A DNA stretch of 64,000 bases from an uncultured Chloroflexia bacterium (GCA_963700555.1 CAVOXZ010000011.1:386907-450906); one strand, 5' to 3'. Positions 9,525-19,739 are shown, counted from the stretch's first letter. A program made the numbers and translations. The notes: generated by a model from the sequence alone, not told the origin.

Positions 9525-10849
9525 CGACGCTGGCCGAACAGCCGGCTGCCGTGCCCGCCGGCCCGGCGCCGGATGGCGTCAGCCGGCGAGGAGCTCCCGC
9601 AGGACGTATCGGTGGCACGGCGCACGTCGGCGAACGATGTCGTGAGCGGCGAGAGCCCGAAGCGGATCACGTCCGGCTCCCGGAAGTCGGGCACGACCCC
9701 GCGCTCGACCAGCCGCCTCGTCAGCTCGCGGGCATCCGGGTGGCGGATCGCCACGTGGCCGCCCCTGCGGCTCGTCTCCCGCGGGCTCGCCAGCGCGCAT
9801 CCGAGCGGCGCGAGCTCCGCGTCAAGGAGCGCGACCGCGTAGGCGGTCAGCGCGGTCGACTTGGCCCGGATGGCCTCGATGCCGGCCTCGGCGGCGACGG
9901 CCGCTCCCTCCAGCACGCCGGTCATCGAGAGGACGGGCGGCGTCCCGACCAGCCAGCCCGTGATCCCCGGCCGCCGCCTGAACACCGGGCCCATCGCGAA
10001 CTGGTCCACCTGGGCGAACCACCCGTCAACCGGGGGCCGGAGCCGGTCCTGGAGACGGGGCGCGACGTACAGGAATGCCGGTGCGCCCGGGCCGCCGTTG
10101 AGGTACTTGTACGTGCAGCCGACTGCGAGCCCCACGTCGCGCGCGGCCAGGTCAGTCGGCACAATTCCGGCCGCATGCGACAGGTCCCAGAGCACGTGGG
10201 CACCGGCTGCCCGGGCCGCCGTCTCGATGCCCTCGACGTCCGCGATCGCGGCGGTGAGGTAGTTGACGTGCGAGAGCAGCACCAGCGCCACGTCGCTGTC
10301 GAGGACCGCGGCGACGTCGTCCGCCGAGGGCCCCAGCACCGGGTCGCCGTCCAGCCATCGGACCTCGAGGCCGCGGCGCTCGGCCAGCCCGTCGAGCACG
10401 TAGCGGTCGGTGGGGAAGTCGCCTCTCGCCGCGACGACCGCCCGTCGCTGCGGGAGATCGTCGAGAGCGGCCGTCGCCAGCCGGAACAGGTTGACCGTCG
10501 TGGAGTCCGTGACGGCGACCGTCCCCGGCGCGGCGCCCAGCACCGACGCCGCCAGCGCGTCGCCGGCCCGCGTCGGAAGGTCCGCCCAGTGGCTCCATGC
10601 CTCGACCAGCTCCCCGGTCCACTCGTGTTCGGCGACCGCGGCCATCCGGTCCAGCGTCCGGCGAGGCGGGCGCCCGAGGGAGTTCCCGGCGAGGTAGACA
10701 AGCCCCGGGTCCGGCATGGCGAAGCGATCGCGGAAGCCCGCCAGCGGGTCGGCGGCATCGAGCGCGGCGGCATCGAGCGCGGCGGCATCGACATCGGGTC
10801 CGGCGGTCTCCGGACTGGCGGTGGAGGCAGGGGTGGTCATCGCTTGCAT
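9431..10849 (-). CDS. kynU: Kynureninase
   Basis: Class V aminotransferase-fold kynureninase pattern ([33 protein letters not shown]). Start is ATG 10849 or 10840. The 3' end is uncertain and may truly end at 9579 (see findings). Confidence 0.8.
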   Translation of the reverse strand: MQAMTTPASTASPETAGPDVDAAALDAAALDAADPLAGFRDRFAMPDPGLVYLAGNSLGRPPRRTLDRMAAVAEHEWTGELVEAWSHWADLPTRAGDALAASVLGAAPGTVAVTDSTTVNLFRLATAALDDLPQRRAVVAARGDFPTDRYVLDGLAERRGLEVRWLDGDPVLGPSADDVAAVLDSDVALVLLSHVNYLTAAIADVEGIETAARAAGAHVLWDLSHAAGIVPTDLAARDVGLAVGCTYKYLNGGPGAPAFLYVAPRLQDRLRPPVDGWFAQVDQFAMGPVFRRRPGITGWLVGTPPVLSMTGVLEGAAVAAEAGIEAIRAKSTALTAYAVALLDAELAPLGCALASPRETSRRGGHVAIRHPDARELTRRLVERGVVPDFREPDVIRFGLSPLTTSFADVRRATDTSCGSSSPADAIRRRAGGHGSRLFGQRRYARPGISIGSISSSAGANPNTRPRNASSAR

Positions 10850-10925
10850 CCTAGCCCACTGGCACGGGTCCCGGCCGGTGGTACTCTCGGCCGACTGCCC
10901 CCGCGACCGCAGCGCCCGGAGATCC

Positions 10926-12107
10926 ATGAGCATCGTCGACGCGTCCCAGTACCTGTTCACGTCGGAATCGGTGACCGAGGGTCACCCGGACAAGATGTGC
11001 GACCAGATCTCGGACGCCATCCTCGACAGCATCCTCGCGATCGACCCAAACGCCCGGGTGGCGTGCGAGACGGCCACCACGACGGGCCTCGTGCTCGTGT
11101 TCGGCGAGATCACCACGTCCAGGTACGTCGAGTTCCAGAACGTGGTCCGCGACACCGTCCGCGACATCGGCTACACGAAGGCCGAATACGGGTTCGACTA
11201 CGAGACGTGCGGCACGATCGTCAGCGTCAAGGAGCAGAGCCGGGACATCGCCCAGGGCGTGGACCGGGTGGACGAGCTCGGGGCCGGCGACCAGGGGATG
11301 ATGTTCGGCTTCGCCTGCCGTGAGACCCGGGAGCTGATGCCGCTCCCGATCGCGCTCGCGCACCGCCTCGCCCGGCGCCTGGCCGAGGTCCGCAAGGACG
11401 GGACGCTCCCGTACCTCCGGCCCGACGGCAAGACGCAGGTCACCGTCGAGTACGAGGGTGGCCGGCCGGTCGGGGTCCGGACGGTGGTCGTGTCCTCGCA
11501 GCACGACCCGGGCACCGAGGACCGGATCCGCGACGACATCATCGAGGCGGTGATCCTGCCCGTGATCCCGGCGCACCTGCGCGCGGTCGACCCGGTCATG
11601 CACGTCAACCCCACCGGGAGGTTTGTCGTCGGGGGACCGATGGGCGACGCCGGTCTCACCGGCCGCAAGATCATCGTGGACACGTACGGCGGGATGGCCC
11701 GCCACGGCGGCGGCGCGTTCTCGGGCAAGGACCCCACGAAGGTCGACCGCTCGGCCGCCTACGCGGCGCGCTGGGTCGCCAAGAACGTCGTCGCGGCGGG
11801 TCTCGCCGACCGGTTCGAGCTCGAGGTGGCCTACGGCATCGGAATTGCCGAGCCGCTGTCCGTGTCCGTGGACTCGTTCGGGACGGGTCGCGTCGGCGAG
11901 GAGGAGATCCTGGACCTCGTGAAGCGGCACTTCGATCTGCGCCCTGCGGCGATCATCCGAGACCTGGACCTGCTGCGGCCGATCTACCGCCAGACCGCAG
12001 CCTACGGGCACTTCGGCCGCGACGACCTCGACCTGCCGTGGGAGCGCACGGACCGGGCCGTGGCGCTGGCTGCGGATGCCGGCCTGCCGGAGCCGATCGC
12101 GGTCTAG
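10926..12107 (+). CDS. metK: S-adenosylmethionine synthetase
   Basis: Motifs [28 protein letters not shown] at 10926 with a GGAG 5 nt upstream. Confidence 0.95.
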   Translation: MSIVDASQYLFTSESVTEGHPDKMCDQISDAILDSILAIDPNARVACETATTTGLVLVFGEITTSRYVEFQNVVRDTVRDIGYTKAEYGFDYETCGTIVSVKEQSRDIAQGVDRVDELGAGDQGMMFGFACRETRELMPLPIALAHRLARRLAEVRKDGTLPYLRPDGKTQVTVEYEGGRPVGVRTVVVSSQHDPGTEDRIRDDIIEAVILPVIPAHLRAVDPVMHVNPTGRFVVGGPMGDAGLTGRKIIVDTYGGMARHGGGAFSGKDPTKVDRSAAYAARWVAKNVVAAGLADRFELEVAYGIGIAEPLSVSVDSFGTGRVGEEEILDLVKRHFDLRPAAIIRDLDLLRPIYRQTAAYGHFGRDDLDLPWERTDRAVALAADAGLPEPIAV

Positions 12108-12143
12108 GAGCGGGCTGCCGAGCCGGCTTCCGGCCGCTCGCGA

Positions 12144-13079
12144 TCAGCGCTCGGCGATCATCCCCGCGACGCCGCCGCCCCGCTGGCCCTGCTTGCGGGC
12201 CTGCCAGATGGCCCCGGCCTGGGCTGCGAGCAGCAGCGCGATGGTGAACGCGAGGATCATCGTGGCCACGGCGTTCGTCTCGGGCGTCACGCCCCGCTTG
12301 ATCTGGCCGAAGATGAACAGCGGCAGCGTCGAGGACCCCGGTCCGGACACGAACGTCGTGATGACGTAGTCGTCGAAGCTGAACGTGAAGGCGAGCAGGA
12401 AACCCGCCACGATGGCCGGCATGAGCATCGGCAGCGTCACCTGGCGGAAGGTGCGCCAGGGTGTCGCGAACAGGTCGTAGCTGGCTTCCATCAGGGTCCG
12501 GTCCATGCCCGACAGGCGGGCCCGCACCAGCAGCAGGACGAGGCTGGTGTTGAACAGCACGTGGGCGGCGATGATCGTCGGGTGCCCGAAGTTGAGCTTG
12601 ACCCCGGTCAGTGCCTGGACGACGTCGAAGCTCGTCGCGAACAGGACCAGGGTCGCGAGGGCGATCACGATCTCGGGCACGATGATGCTGGTGTAGACGA
12701 GGGCGTCGAACGCCAGTCGGGTCTTCTTGCCCACGCGCTGCAGGCCCAGGGCGGCCATGGTCCCGAACAGGGTCGCCAGGATGGCGTTCGGGACGGCCAC
12801 GAGGAAGCTGTTCGCGAGCGCCCGGTGGACGACCGAATCGGTGAGGGCCACGCCGAACCACTTGACGCTGAAGCCGTCCCACGCGGTCACCCGCCGGTTC
12901 GTGTCGTTGAACGCGAACAGGACCACCACGAAGATCGGCAGGTACAGGAACAGGTAGACCGCGATCGTGTGGCCCCTCAGCCAGCCTTCCACGACACCCG
13001 CCCAACGGTCCACCGCCCGACCCCGTCGGCGGCCCGCCGCCGGCACGGCTCCCGCCGACTTCACGACCTTCGTGCTCAC
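12144..13079 (-). CDS. potC: Polyamine ABC transporter permease (PotC-like)
   Basis: Six-helix ABC permease with an EAA-like loop (MEASYDLFATPWRTFRQVTLP). GTGA overlap with the upstream permease gene. Confidence 0.85.
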   Translation of the reverse strand: MSTKVVKSAGAVPAAGRRRGRAVDRWAGVVEGWLRGHTIAVYLFLYLPIFVVVLFAFNDTNRRVTAWDGFSVKWFGVALTDSVVHRALANSFLVAVPNAILATLFGTMAALGLQRVGKKTRLAFDALVYTSIIVPEIVIALATLVLFATSFDVVQALTGVKLNFGHPTIIAAHVLFNTSLVLLLVRARLSGMDRTLMEASYDLFATPWRTFRQVTLPMLMPAIVAGFLLAFTFSFDDYVITTFVSGPGSSTLPLFIFGQIKRGVTPETNAVATMILAFTIALLLAAQAGAIWQARKQGQRGGGVAGMIAER

Positions 13080-13978
13080 AGGACGCTCACCTCACGGGTC
13101 CGACGGCCACGGTTCACGAACCACAGGTACAGCGAGATCGTGACGAACATGATCAGGATCAGGCCGACCGCGCGGGCCGATCCGGACGGCCAGTTGCGCG
13201 CCTCGAGGAAGTCCGTGACCAGCGCGTTGCCCATCAGGTAGGTACGCCCGTAGCCCAGGATCTGCGGGATCACGTACTCGCCCATCATCGGGATGAACAC
13301 GAGGATCGTGCCCGTGACCAGGCCCGGCAGGGCGACGGGCAGGGTGATCTGGCGGAATGTCGCCAGGCGACCCGCCCCGAGATCCTTGGATGCCTCGACC
13401 ATCGTCCGGTCCATGCGTTCCAGCGTCACGTACAGCGGGAACACCATGAGCGGCAGGTAGCCGTACACGAGGCCGATGAGGACCGCGACCGGCGTGCCGA
13501 GGATCCGGAACTGCTCGTCGCCGGTGATCCCCTGGAACAGGCCGGCCAGCCCGTTGTCCGGGCCGAGCACGATCAGCCACGAGTAGGTGCGGATCAGGAA
13601 GCTGGTCCAGAACGGGATCACCAGCATCAGGACCAGCAGGCCCTTGCGACGGCCCGCGCGGGTGGCCAGGAAGTAGGCCAGCGGCAGCCCGACCAGCAGG
13701 CAGGACATCGCGCCGATGAACGCCATCACCAGGCTGGTGATGAACGGGTCGGACTTGTCGATCGCCCGCGCGTAGTTGTCCAGGACGAATGCCGCTTCGT
13801 AGCCGCCGTTCTTGGCCCGGACGCCGAACGAGAACACGACGACGATCAGGAGCGGAGCCACCAGCAGCACCAGGTACCACAGGCCGGCCGGCGCCAGCAG
13901 CAGCCCAGTGAGGAGCGCGCTGCGGAACCGGCCCGGGCGGGCCGGTTCCGCAGCGGTGGTGGCGGTCGCCGAAGCCAC
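13076..13978 (-). CDS. potB: Polyamine ABC transporter permease (PotB-like)
   Basis: ABC permease with EAA loop VEASKDLGAGRLATFRQITLP. Confidence 0.85.
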   Translation of the reverse strand: MASATATTAAEPARPGRFRSALLTGLLLAPAGLWYLVLLVAPLLIVVVFSFGVRAKNGGYEAAFVLDNYARAIDKSDPFITSLVMAFIGAMSCLLVGLPLAYFLATRAGRRKGLLVLMLVIPFWTSFLIRTYSWLIVLGPDNGLAGLFQGITGDEQFRILGTPVAVLIGLVYGYLPLMVFPLYVTLERMDRTMVEASKDLGAGRLATFRQITLPVALPGLVTGTILVFIPMMGEYVIPQILGYGRTYLMGNALVTDFLEARNWPSGSARAVGLILIMFVTISLYLWFVNRGRRTREVSVL

Positions 13979-14003
13979 GCGGTCAGTCTCCTCGTGCAGG
14001 CCG

Positions 14004-15212
14004 TCAGCCGCCGATGGACTGCTTGAACTCCTCCCAGATGTCGATGCGCTGGCTGTTGCCCGACGTGTCCTGGGCTCCCTCCAGGCTCGCGATCACGTCC
14101 TCGGGCGGGAAGATCGCCGTGTCGTTGAGGATCGCCGGATCCACGTACTGCTTGGCCTCGTCGTTGGGCGTCGCGTACAGGTTGAAGTTCGTCTCCTCGG
14201 CCTGGATCTCGGGCCGGTGGATGAAGTCCAGCCAGGCATACGCGGCGTTCGGGTGCGGGGCGTCGGCCATCATGACCCAGGTGTCCATCCAGAACAGCGT
14301 TCCCTCGGACGGCACCGTGTAGCCGGCGTCGCCGGCGGCGACGAGGTCGGCCAGCTCCTGGCCGAGCGGGCCGGTCCAGCCCAGGGTGAGCGAGGCCTCG
14401 CCCGACGCCATCTGGTCGCCGTAGGTATCGGAGTTCAGGGCCAGGATGTGGGGGGCGCAGTCGAGCAGGACCTTGCGGGCCTCCTCCAGCTCCTCCTTGA
14501 CGTCGGAGTTGAGCGAGTAGCCCAGCATCTTGAGCGGGAACACGAACACGTCGCCCATCGAGTCGACGAACACGGTCTTGCCCGAGCCCTCGCCCTTGAC
14601 CAGGTCGTAGAACTCCTTCCAGCTCGTCGGCACGGCCGGCAGCAGGCTCTTGCGCCACAGGATGCCCGTGGTCCCGTAGTCCTTGGGGACCTGGTACTCG
14701 TCGTTCGGGTCCCACCACAGGCCCTTGAAGGCCGCGTTGATGTACTTGGTGTTCGGGATGCGCGACATGTCCAGCTTGGAGAGGAAGCCCTCCTCCACCA
14801 TGCCCGGCACGTATTCAGCGGTCGGACAGGCGAGGTCGTAGCCGGAGGCGCCGCCCTGGAGCTTCGCGATCAGCTCCTCGTTGTTGGCGAACACGTCGTA
14901 CACGAAGTTCTCGACCCCGAACTCCGCCTTGAAGGCGTCGATGTTCGCGGGCGAGATGTAGTCGCTCCAGTTGTAGACGAACAGCTCGTTCTCCACGTCA
15001 GCGGGAGGCGCCGCCGTCGCCGGCGCGCCGCTCGCCCCCGGCGTCGCCGGAGCGCTGCTCCCCCCAGTCGGGGCGCTGGGCCCCGAGCCGCCGTTGCTGC
15101 AGGCCGCGAGGAACGCGCTGGTGCCGATCAGGCCGCTCGCGGCCAGGAAGCTGCGGCGCGGCACCCGGGTTCGGGCTGCACGAGCCAGGATCTCGTCGAG
15201 CGTCTCTGCCAT
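14004..15212 (-). CDS. potD: Spermidine/putrescine ABC transporter substrate-binding lipoprotein (PotD/PotF-like)
   Basis: Tat-type RRSFL signal plus lipobox LAAC. PotD-family body (YNWSDYI...). Confidence 0.85.
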   Translation of the reverse strand: MAETLDEILARAARTRVPRRSFLAASGLIGTSAFLAACSNGGSGPSAPTGGSSAPATPGASGAPATAAPPADVENELFVYNWSDYISPANIDAFKAEFGVENFVYDVFANNEELIAKLQGGASGYDLACPTAEYVPGMVEEGFLSKLDMSRIPNTKYINAAFKGLWWDPNDEYQVPKDYGTTGILWRKSLLPAVPTSWKEFYDLVKGEGSGKTVFVDSMGDVFVFPLKMLGYSLNSDVKEELEEARKVLLDCAPHILALNSDTYGDQMASGEASLTLGWTGPLGQELADLVAAGDAGYTVPSEGTLFWMDTWVMMADAPHPNAAYAWLDFIHRPEIQAEETNFNLYATPNDEAKQYVDPAILNDTAIFPPEDVIASLEGAQDTSGNSQRIDIWEEFKQSIGG

Positions 15213-15249
15213 GTCTCCTCCTCCAGGGGCCGGGGTTGGGACGGTCTCG

Positions 15250-16437
15250 TCAGGCGACGAGGATCAGGTTCGCCGATTCGTCCCAGCGGACGACGACGGG
15301 GTCGCCGGGGCCGATCCCCAGCGCCTCGCTCGCCCCACTGGCGTTCTGGCGGCGGACGACGAGCTCGCCCGCCTGGTCGGTCCTGATGCGGAACTCGGTG
15401 GTATCGCCGAGGTAGGTGCCCTGGTGGACGCGTCCCTCGATGGCATGGCCGTCGTCCGTCGTGGCCGCGTGCTCGGCGTGCTCGACCCGCATCCGCTCGG
15501 GCCGCACCGCCACGACGACCTGCTGGCCGATCGCCGGCCGGGCGTCGGGGTCGGTCACGGTGCCGGTCAGGCGCAGCCCGCGGTCGCTCTCGACGATCCC
15601 GCGCCCCGTGGCCCGGTCGTGCTCCACCAGCTTCCCGTCGAACGGGTTCGATACGCCGATGAAGTCGGCCACGAATCGGTTCACCGGCCGCTCGTAGAGC
15701 TCGGCCGGGCCCCCCTGCTGCTGGATGCGTCCCAGCTTCATGACGACGATCACGTCGCTCATCGTCAGGGCCTCCTCCTGGTCGTGGGTCACGTACACGA
15801 ACGTGATCCCGACCTCCCGCTGGAGCGCCTTGAGCTCGAGCTGCATCTCCTTGCGCAGCTTGAGGTCGAGGGCGCCGAGCGGCTCGTCGAGGAGCAGCAC
15901 GGTGGGGTGGTTCACCAGCGCCCTGGCGAGCGCGACCCGCTGTTGCTGCCCACCGGAGAGTTCCCACGTGCGTCGCGAGTCGTAGCCGGTGAGGCGGACG
16001 AGCTCGAGCGCCTCGCCCACGCGGCGCGTCTCGTCGGCCTTGGAGACGTGCTGCTGGCGGAGCCCATAGCCCACGTTCTTGGCGACGTCCATGTGGGGGA
16101 ACAGCGCGTAGTGCTGGAACACCGTGTTCACGTGGCGCCGGTACGGGGGGACACCGGCAACCGGCTCGCCGGCAAGGTAGATCTCGCCCGCGGTGGGCTG
16201 CTCGAACCCCGCGATCATCCGCAGGGTCGTCGTCTTCCCGCAGCCGGACGGCCCCAGGAACGAGTAGAAGGAGCCGCGCTCGACCGAGAGCTGCATCCGG
16301 TCCACCGCGACGACCCCCCCGAAGCGCTTCGTGACGTCGACGATGTCGACGTCCGGGATCTCGTCGTGGTCGGCATGGACCCCGGCTGGATGGCGCAGCG
16401 TGTCCGGGTGAGATGCGGGCACCTCCGTCTCCGACAC
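15250..16437 (-). CDS. potA: Spermidine/putrescine ABC transporter ATPase (PotA-like)
   Basis: Walker A GPSGCGKTT, signature LSGGQQQRV, Walker B LLLDEP, and a TOBE-like C-terminus. Start taken at the in-frame GTG at 16437. Confidence 0.88.
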   Translation of the reverse strand: MSETEVPASHPDTLRHPAGVHADHDEIPDVDIVDVTKRFGGVVAVDRMQLSVERGSFYSFLGPSGCGKTTTLRMIAGFEQPTAGEIYLAGEPVAGVPPYRRHVNTVFQHYALFPHMDVAKNVGYGLRQQHVSKADETRRVGEALELVRLTGYDSRRTWELSGGQQQRVALARALVNHPTVLLLDEPLGALDLKLRKEMQLELKALQREVGITFVYVTHDQEEALTMSDVIVVMKLGRIQQQGGPAELYERPVNRFVADFIGVSNPFDGKLVEHDRATGRGIVESDRGLRLTGTVTDPDARPAIGQQVVVAVRPERMRVEHAEHAATTDDGHAIEGRVHQGTYLGDTTEFRIRTDQAGELVVRRQNASGASEALGIGPGDPVVVRWDESANLILVA

Positions 16438-16666
16438 GTGCTGATGGAATCCCTGGGGGGTGTCGGGATTCGCCGGTCTCGTCAAGCGGGGGCCCTCGGC
16501 AGCGGTTCGGCGGCGTGGCTGCAGCGTGCGCGGATCGTACGGACCGCCACGCCTCGCGTCAACGCGCAGGGCCAACTGGACGCCGATTGGGTGCCGAAGG
16601 TCCGTTGTGCGGAACGTTCAGCCCGCCGCCACGCGCCGCGGAGGTCGTCGGCCGGCTGCCGTCACC

Positions 16667-16672
16667 TAGAAT
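16667..16672 (+). promoter_or_regulatory. Candidate -10 hexamer TAGAAT for a leaderless manC-like mRNA
   Basis: The TAGAAT ends 7 nt before the A of ATG 16679. No Shine-Dalgarno sequence lies in between. Confidence 0.35.
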
Positions 16673-16678
16673 GCCGCG

Positions 16679-17764
16679 ATGTACGTGGTCATCATGGCGG
16701 GCGGCGGCGGGACGAGGCTTCGGCCCGTCAGCACCGCCGGGCGCCCCAAGCCGTTCCTGCCGCTGCTGCCCACCGGCGAGACGCTCCTGCAGCGAACCGT
16801 CCGCCGACTCGACGGCCCGGAGCTCGGCCTCGAGCCAGGGTCGGTGGCCATCGTCGCATCGGCCGCGTACCAGCCGCTGGTCCTGGCGCAGGTCCCGGAG
16901 GCAGCCGTCGTGGTGGAGCCGGTCGGGCGGAACACGGCTGCCGCCATCGCCCTCGCGGCCCTCGCCATCGACCGCGACGACGACGAGGTGATGGTGGTCC
17001 TGCCTGCCGACCACCGCATCGACCCCGCTCGAGAAGGCGCCTTTCGGGCCGTCCTGCGGGCGGCAGCCGACCACGTGGCAACCGGGCGGTTCGGTGTGCC
17101 GAGCCCCCTGGTGACGATCGGCGTGGGCGTCACCCGCCCCGCGACCGAGTACGGCTACCTGCGGGCGGTGCCGGCCCGCACCGACCGGGTCGCGGGCATC
17201 GAGGTCTGCCCGCTCGAGGCCTTCGAGGAGAAGCCGGACCCGGTCCGTGCGCGCGAGCTCGCGACCCTGCCCGGGATCGCCTGGAACGCCGGGATGTTCC
17301 TCTGGCGACGGGGGGCCATCCGGGCGGCCTTGACCGCGTACGCACCGGACGTCATGGACGCGGTGGCTGCGGGGCTTGCCGCTGGCGACCTGGCCTCGGC
17401 CTACGAGACCATCAACCCGCGCTCGATCGACTACGCGGTGATGGAGCCGGCGGCGCAGGCGGGAACGGTCGCGATGGTCGCGCTGGACGTGGGCTGGACG
17501 GATGTCGGCACGTGGCCCGCCCTGCTCGAGGTGCTCGGCGCACCGGGGATCGACGGCGCCGTGGTCGAGCCCGGGTCGTCCGCTGATGTCCGGCCGGGAG
17601 ACCTGCTGGTCGAGCGCGGTCGAGACGGGCTGGTCGTCACGGAGCCGGCGGGCGGTACGATCACCGTCGACCAGCCGGTCGCACTCCTGCGCGAGGCCCG
17701 CGCGGCCCGTCCCCTCGTCCAGGCGCTGCTTGACCGGTGTGCCGCAGTGGAGGACCACGCGTGA
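16679..17764 (+). CDS. Mannose-1-phosphate guanylyltransferase-like nucleotidyltransferase
   Basis: N-terminal VIMAGGGGTRLRP sugar-nucleotidyltransferase motif. 361 aa. Confidence 0.8.
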   Translation: MYVVIMAGGGGTRLRPVSTAGRPKPFLPLLPTGETLLQRTVRRLDGPELGLEPGSVAIVASAAYQPLVLAQVPEAAVVVEPVGRNTAAAIALAALAIDRDDDEVMVVLPADHRIDPAREGAFRAVLRAAADHVATGRFGVPSPLVTIGVGVTRPATEYGYLRAVPARTDRVAGIEVCPLEAFEEKPDPVRARELATLPGIAWNAGMFLWRRGAIRAALTAYAPDVMDAVAAGLAAGDLASAYETINPRSIDYAVMEPAAQAGTVAMVALDVGWTDVGTWPALLEVLGAPGIDGAVVEPGSSADVRPGDLLVERGRDGLVVTEPAGGTITVDQPVALLREARAARPLVQALLDRCAAVEDHA

Positions 17765-19242
17765 CCAACAGCCCGGAGGCGCCCGCGCCGACCACGATCA
17801 AGTTCGGGACCGACGGCTGGCGGGCACGGGTGGCGGACGAGTACACGTTCGAGAACGTCCGCCGCTGCGCGGACGGCGTCGCGCGCTACGTCGTCGATCG
17901 GGGCGAGCAGGCCAAGGGCGTCGTGATCGCCTACGACCGGCGGTTCGCCTCGGAGCACTTTGCCGCGGCGACCGCCGAGGTGCTGCTCGCCCACGACATC
18001 CCGGTCGCGATCTCTAGCACCGGCGTCCCGACCCAGATGAGCTCCTACGAGGTCGTGCAGCGCGGGGCGGCCGCGGGCGTGGTGATCACCGCCTCGCACA
18101 ACCCGTGGACCGACAACGGGTTCAAGATCAAGGCACCCACCGGGGCGGCCGCCGGGGCCGACATCCTGGCCGCGGTCGAGGCCGGGATCGTGGCCAACGC
18201 GGGCCAGGCGATCGACCGGCGCCCGTTCGCCGACGCCGAGGCCGCGGGGCTCGTGGAGTGGTTCGACCCGTTCGATGGCTACGAGCAGTTCGTGCGCCGG
18301 ACCATCGACCTCGACGCGCTCAGGGCAGCCGACGCATCGATCCTGGTAGAGCCGCTCTACGGCGTCGGGTCGGGCTGGATCCCGCGCCTGCTCGCCGGCG
18401 GCCGGATCCGGGTCACCGAGATCCACGGCGAGCGGAACCCATTCTTCGGCGGCGTGAACCCGGAGCCGATCCGGCCGCACGTGGACGCAGCGCTCGCCCA
18501 GATCGCGGGCGGCGGGTACGACCTTGGGCTGCTGCTCGACGGCGACGCGGACCGGGCCGGCGCCGCCGACGAGCGGGGCGTGTTCCTCCACCAGCTGGAG
18601 GTCACCGGGCTGCTGATGTACTACCTCGCGGAGCACCGGGGCCTGCGCCAGCCGGTGGTGGTCAGCGTCAACAACACCTCCACGGCCGCGACCCTCGGGA
18701 AGCACTACGGCATCGAGACCCATGAGGTGCCCGTCGGGTTCAAGTTCATCGGCCCGCGGATGATCGAGACCGGGGCGATGCTGGGTGCCGAGGAGTCGGG
18801 GGGCTACGGCTTCGGGATGCACCTGCCGGAGCGCGACGGGATCTACGCGGACCTCATGCTGCTCGACCTGTTCCTGCGCGAGAAGGCCCGCGGTCATGCC
18901 CCGGTCTCGCGCGCCGTGGAGCTGTTCCACGAGCTGGCCGGGCCATCGTTCTACCGGCGGATCGACGTGCACTTCGACCGGCCGTCCTACGAGGGGGTCA
19001 AGGCGCGGGTCCTCGGAGACCTGCGCGACCAGCCCCCGCAGGCGCTGGCGGGTGAGCCGGTGGCCAGGACCCAGGTCCTGTCCACGAACGACGGCTTCAA
19101 GTGGTTCCTCGCCGACGGGTCCTGGCTGCTGGTCCGTGCGAGTGGCACGGAGCCCCTGGTCAGGGTGTACACGGAGGCGAGCTCCGCGGAGCTCCGCGAT
19201 GAGCTGGTGCTGACCGGCGAGAGGGTCGTCCGCGGGGGCTGA
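17761..19242 (+). CDS. Phosphomannomutase/phosphoglucomutase
   Basis: Catalytic TASHNP motif with FGTDGWR at the N-terminus. GTGA overlap with the upstream gene. Confidence 0.88.
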   Translation: MTNSPEAPAPTTIKFGTDGWRARVADEYTFENVRRCADGVARYVVDRGEQAKGVVIAYDRRFASEHFAAATAEVLLAHDIPVAISSTGVPTQMSSYEVVQRGAAAGVVITASHNPWTDNGFKIKAPTGAAAGADILAAVEAGIVANAGQAIDRRPFADAEAAGLVEWFDPFDGYEQFVRRTIDLDALRAADASILVEPLYGVGSGWIPRLLAGGRIRVTEIHGERNPFFGGVNPEPIRPHVDAALAQIAGGGYDLGLLLDGDADRAGAADERGVFLHQLEVTGLLMYYLAEHRGLRQPVVVSVNNTSTAATLGKHYGIETHEVPVGFKFIGPRMIETGAMLGAEESGGYGFGMHLPERDGIYADLMLLDLFLREKARGHAPVSRAVELFHELAGPSFYRRIDVHFDRPSYEGVKARVLGDLRDQPPQALAGEPVARTQVLSTNDGFKWFLADGSWLLVRASGTEPLVRVYTEASSAELRDELVLTGERVVRGG

Positions 19243-19396
19243 CGGTCCTCGCCGACCGGGACGATCTGGGGGCTGACCGCCTTGCCTGCTGGGGTGTAGG
19301 CTTGGGGTAGCGACCGCCATCACCGGTCCGCGGATCCGACCGGACGGCGGCCCCCGTGGACGCCCCGTCGCAGGGGCGACTGGAGGTTGATCGGCG

Positions 19397-19675
19397 ATGC
19401 ACTCCTCTCTCATCGGCAAGGTCGAGAAGGCGAATCGCTACGCTCGTGAGCTGGACCGCATCTCGCTCGAGCGTGTCGCCCTGACGTTCCGCGGTGACAA
19501 CGACACCCACCACGTCAGCCTCGATGCCGGCCAGTGGCACTGCACGTGTCATTACTTCGAGAGTTGGGGTTCCTGTGTCCACCTTCTCGCGCTGCAGAAG
19601 GTCTTCGGCGTGATGCTGCCCGAGGAGGCGCAGGTCTCGATCTTCGACGCGACGGCGGTGGGTGCCACTGCCTGA
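19397..19675 (+). CDS. Small SWIM zinc-finger protein
   Basis: 92 aa with a CxC...CxH pattern (HCTCHYFESWGSCVH). GGAGG upstream. Confidence 0.65.
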   Translation: MHSSLIGKVEKANRYARELDRISLERVALTFRGDNDTHHVSLDAGQWHCTCHYFESWGSCVHLLALQKVFGVMLPEEAQVSIFDATAVGATA

Positions 19676-19697
19676 GGCCAGGCCCGTTGAACAGGAT

Positions 19698-19728
19698 GAT
19701 GACGCCGCCGGCCACCGGCGGCGTCATC
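19698..19728. terminator. Bidirectional GC-rich hairpin between convergent genes
   Basis: A 14-nt arm gatgacgccgccgg and its exact reverse complement ccggcggcgtcatc, separated by 3 nt. No clear U tract. Confidence 0.5.
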
Positions 19729-19739
19729 GATTCGGCCGG

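Noticed and set aside
1360-9618. Long ORFs antisense to or out of frame with the real genes: 1360-2742(-), 3177-5168(-), 5147-6247(-), 6004-7971(-), 8098-9618(-)
   Set aside because: They are Arg/Pro/Gly/Ala-rich with no recognisable motifs, and each fully overlaps a gene with clear family signatures. This is the typical open-frame artefact of 70% GC DNA.
10850-10925. SAM riboswitch upstream of metK
   Set aside because: Only about 77 nt separate the divergent kynU and metK starts. I could not recognise a SAM-I, SAM-IV or SAM-II-like core in that stretch.
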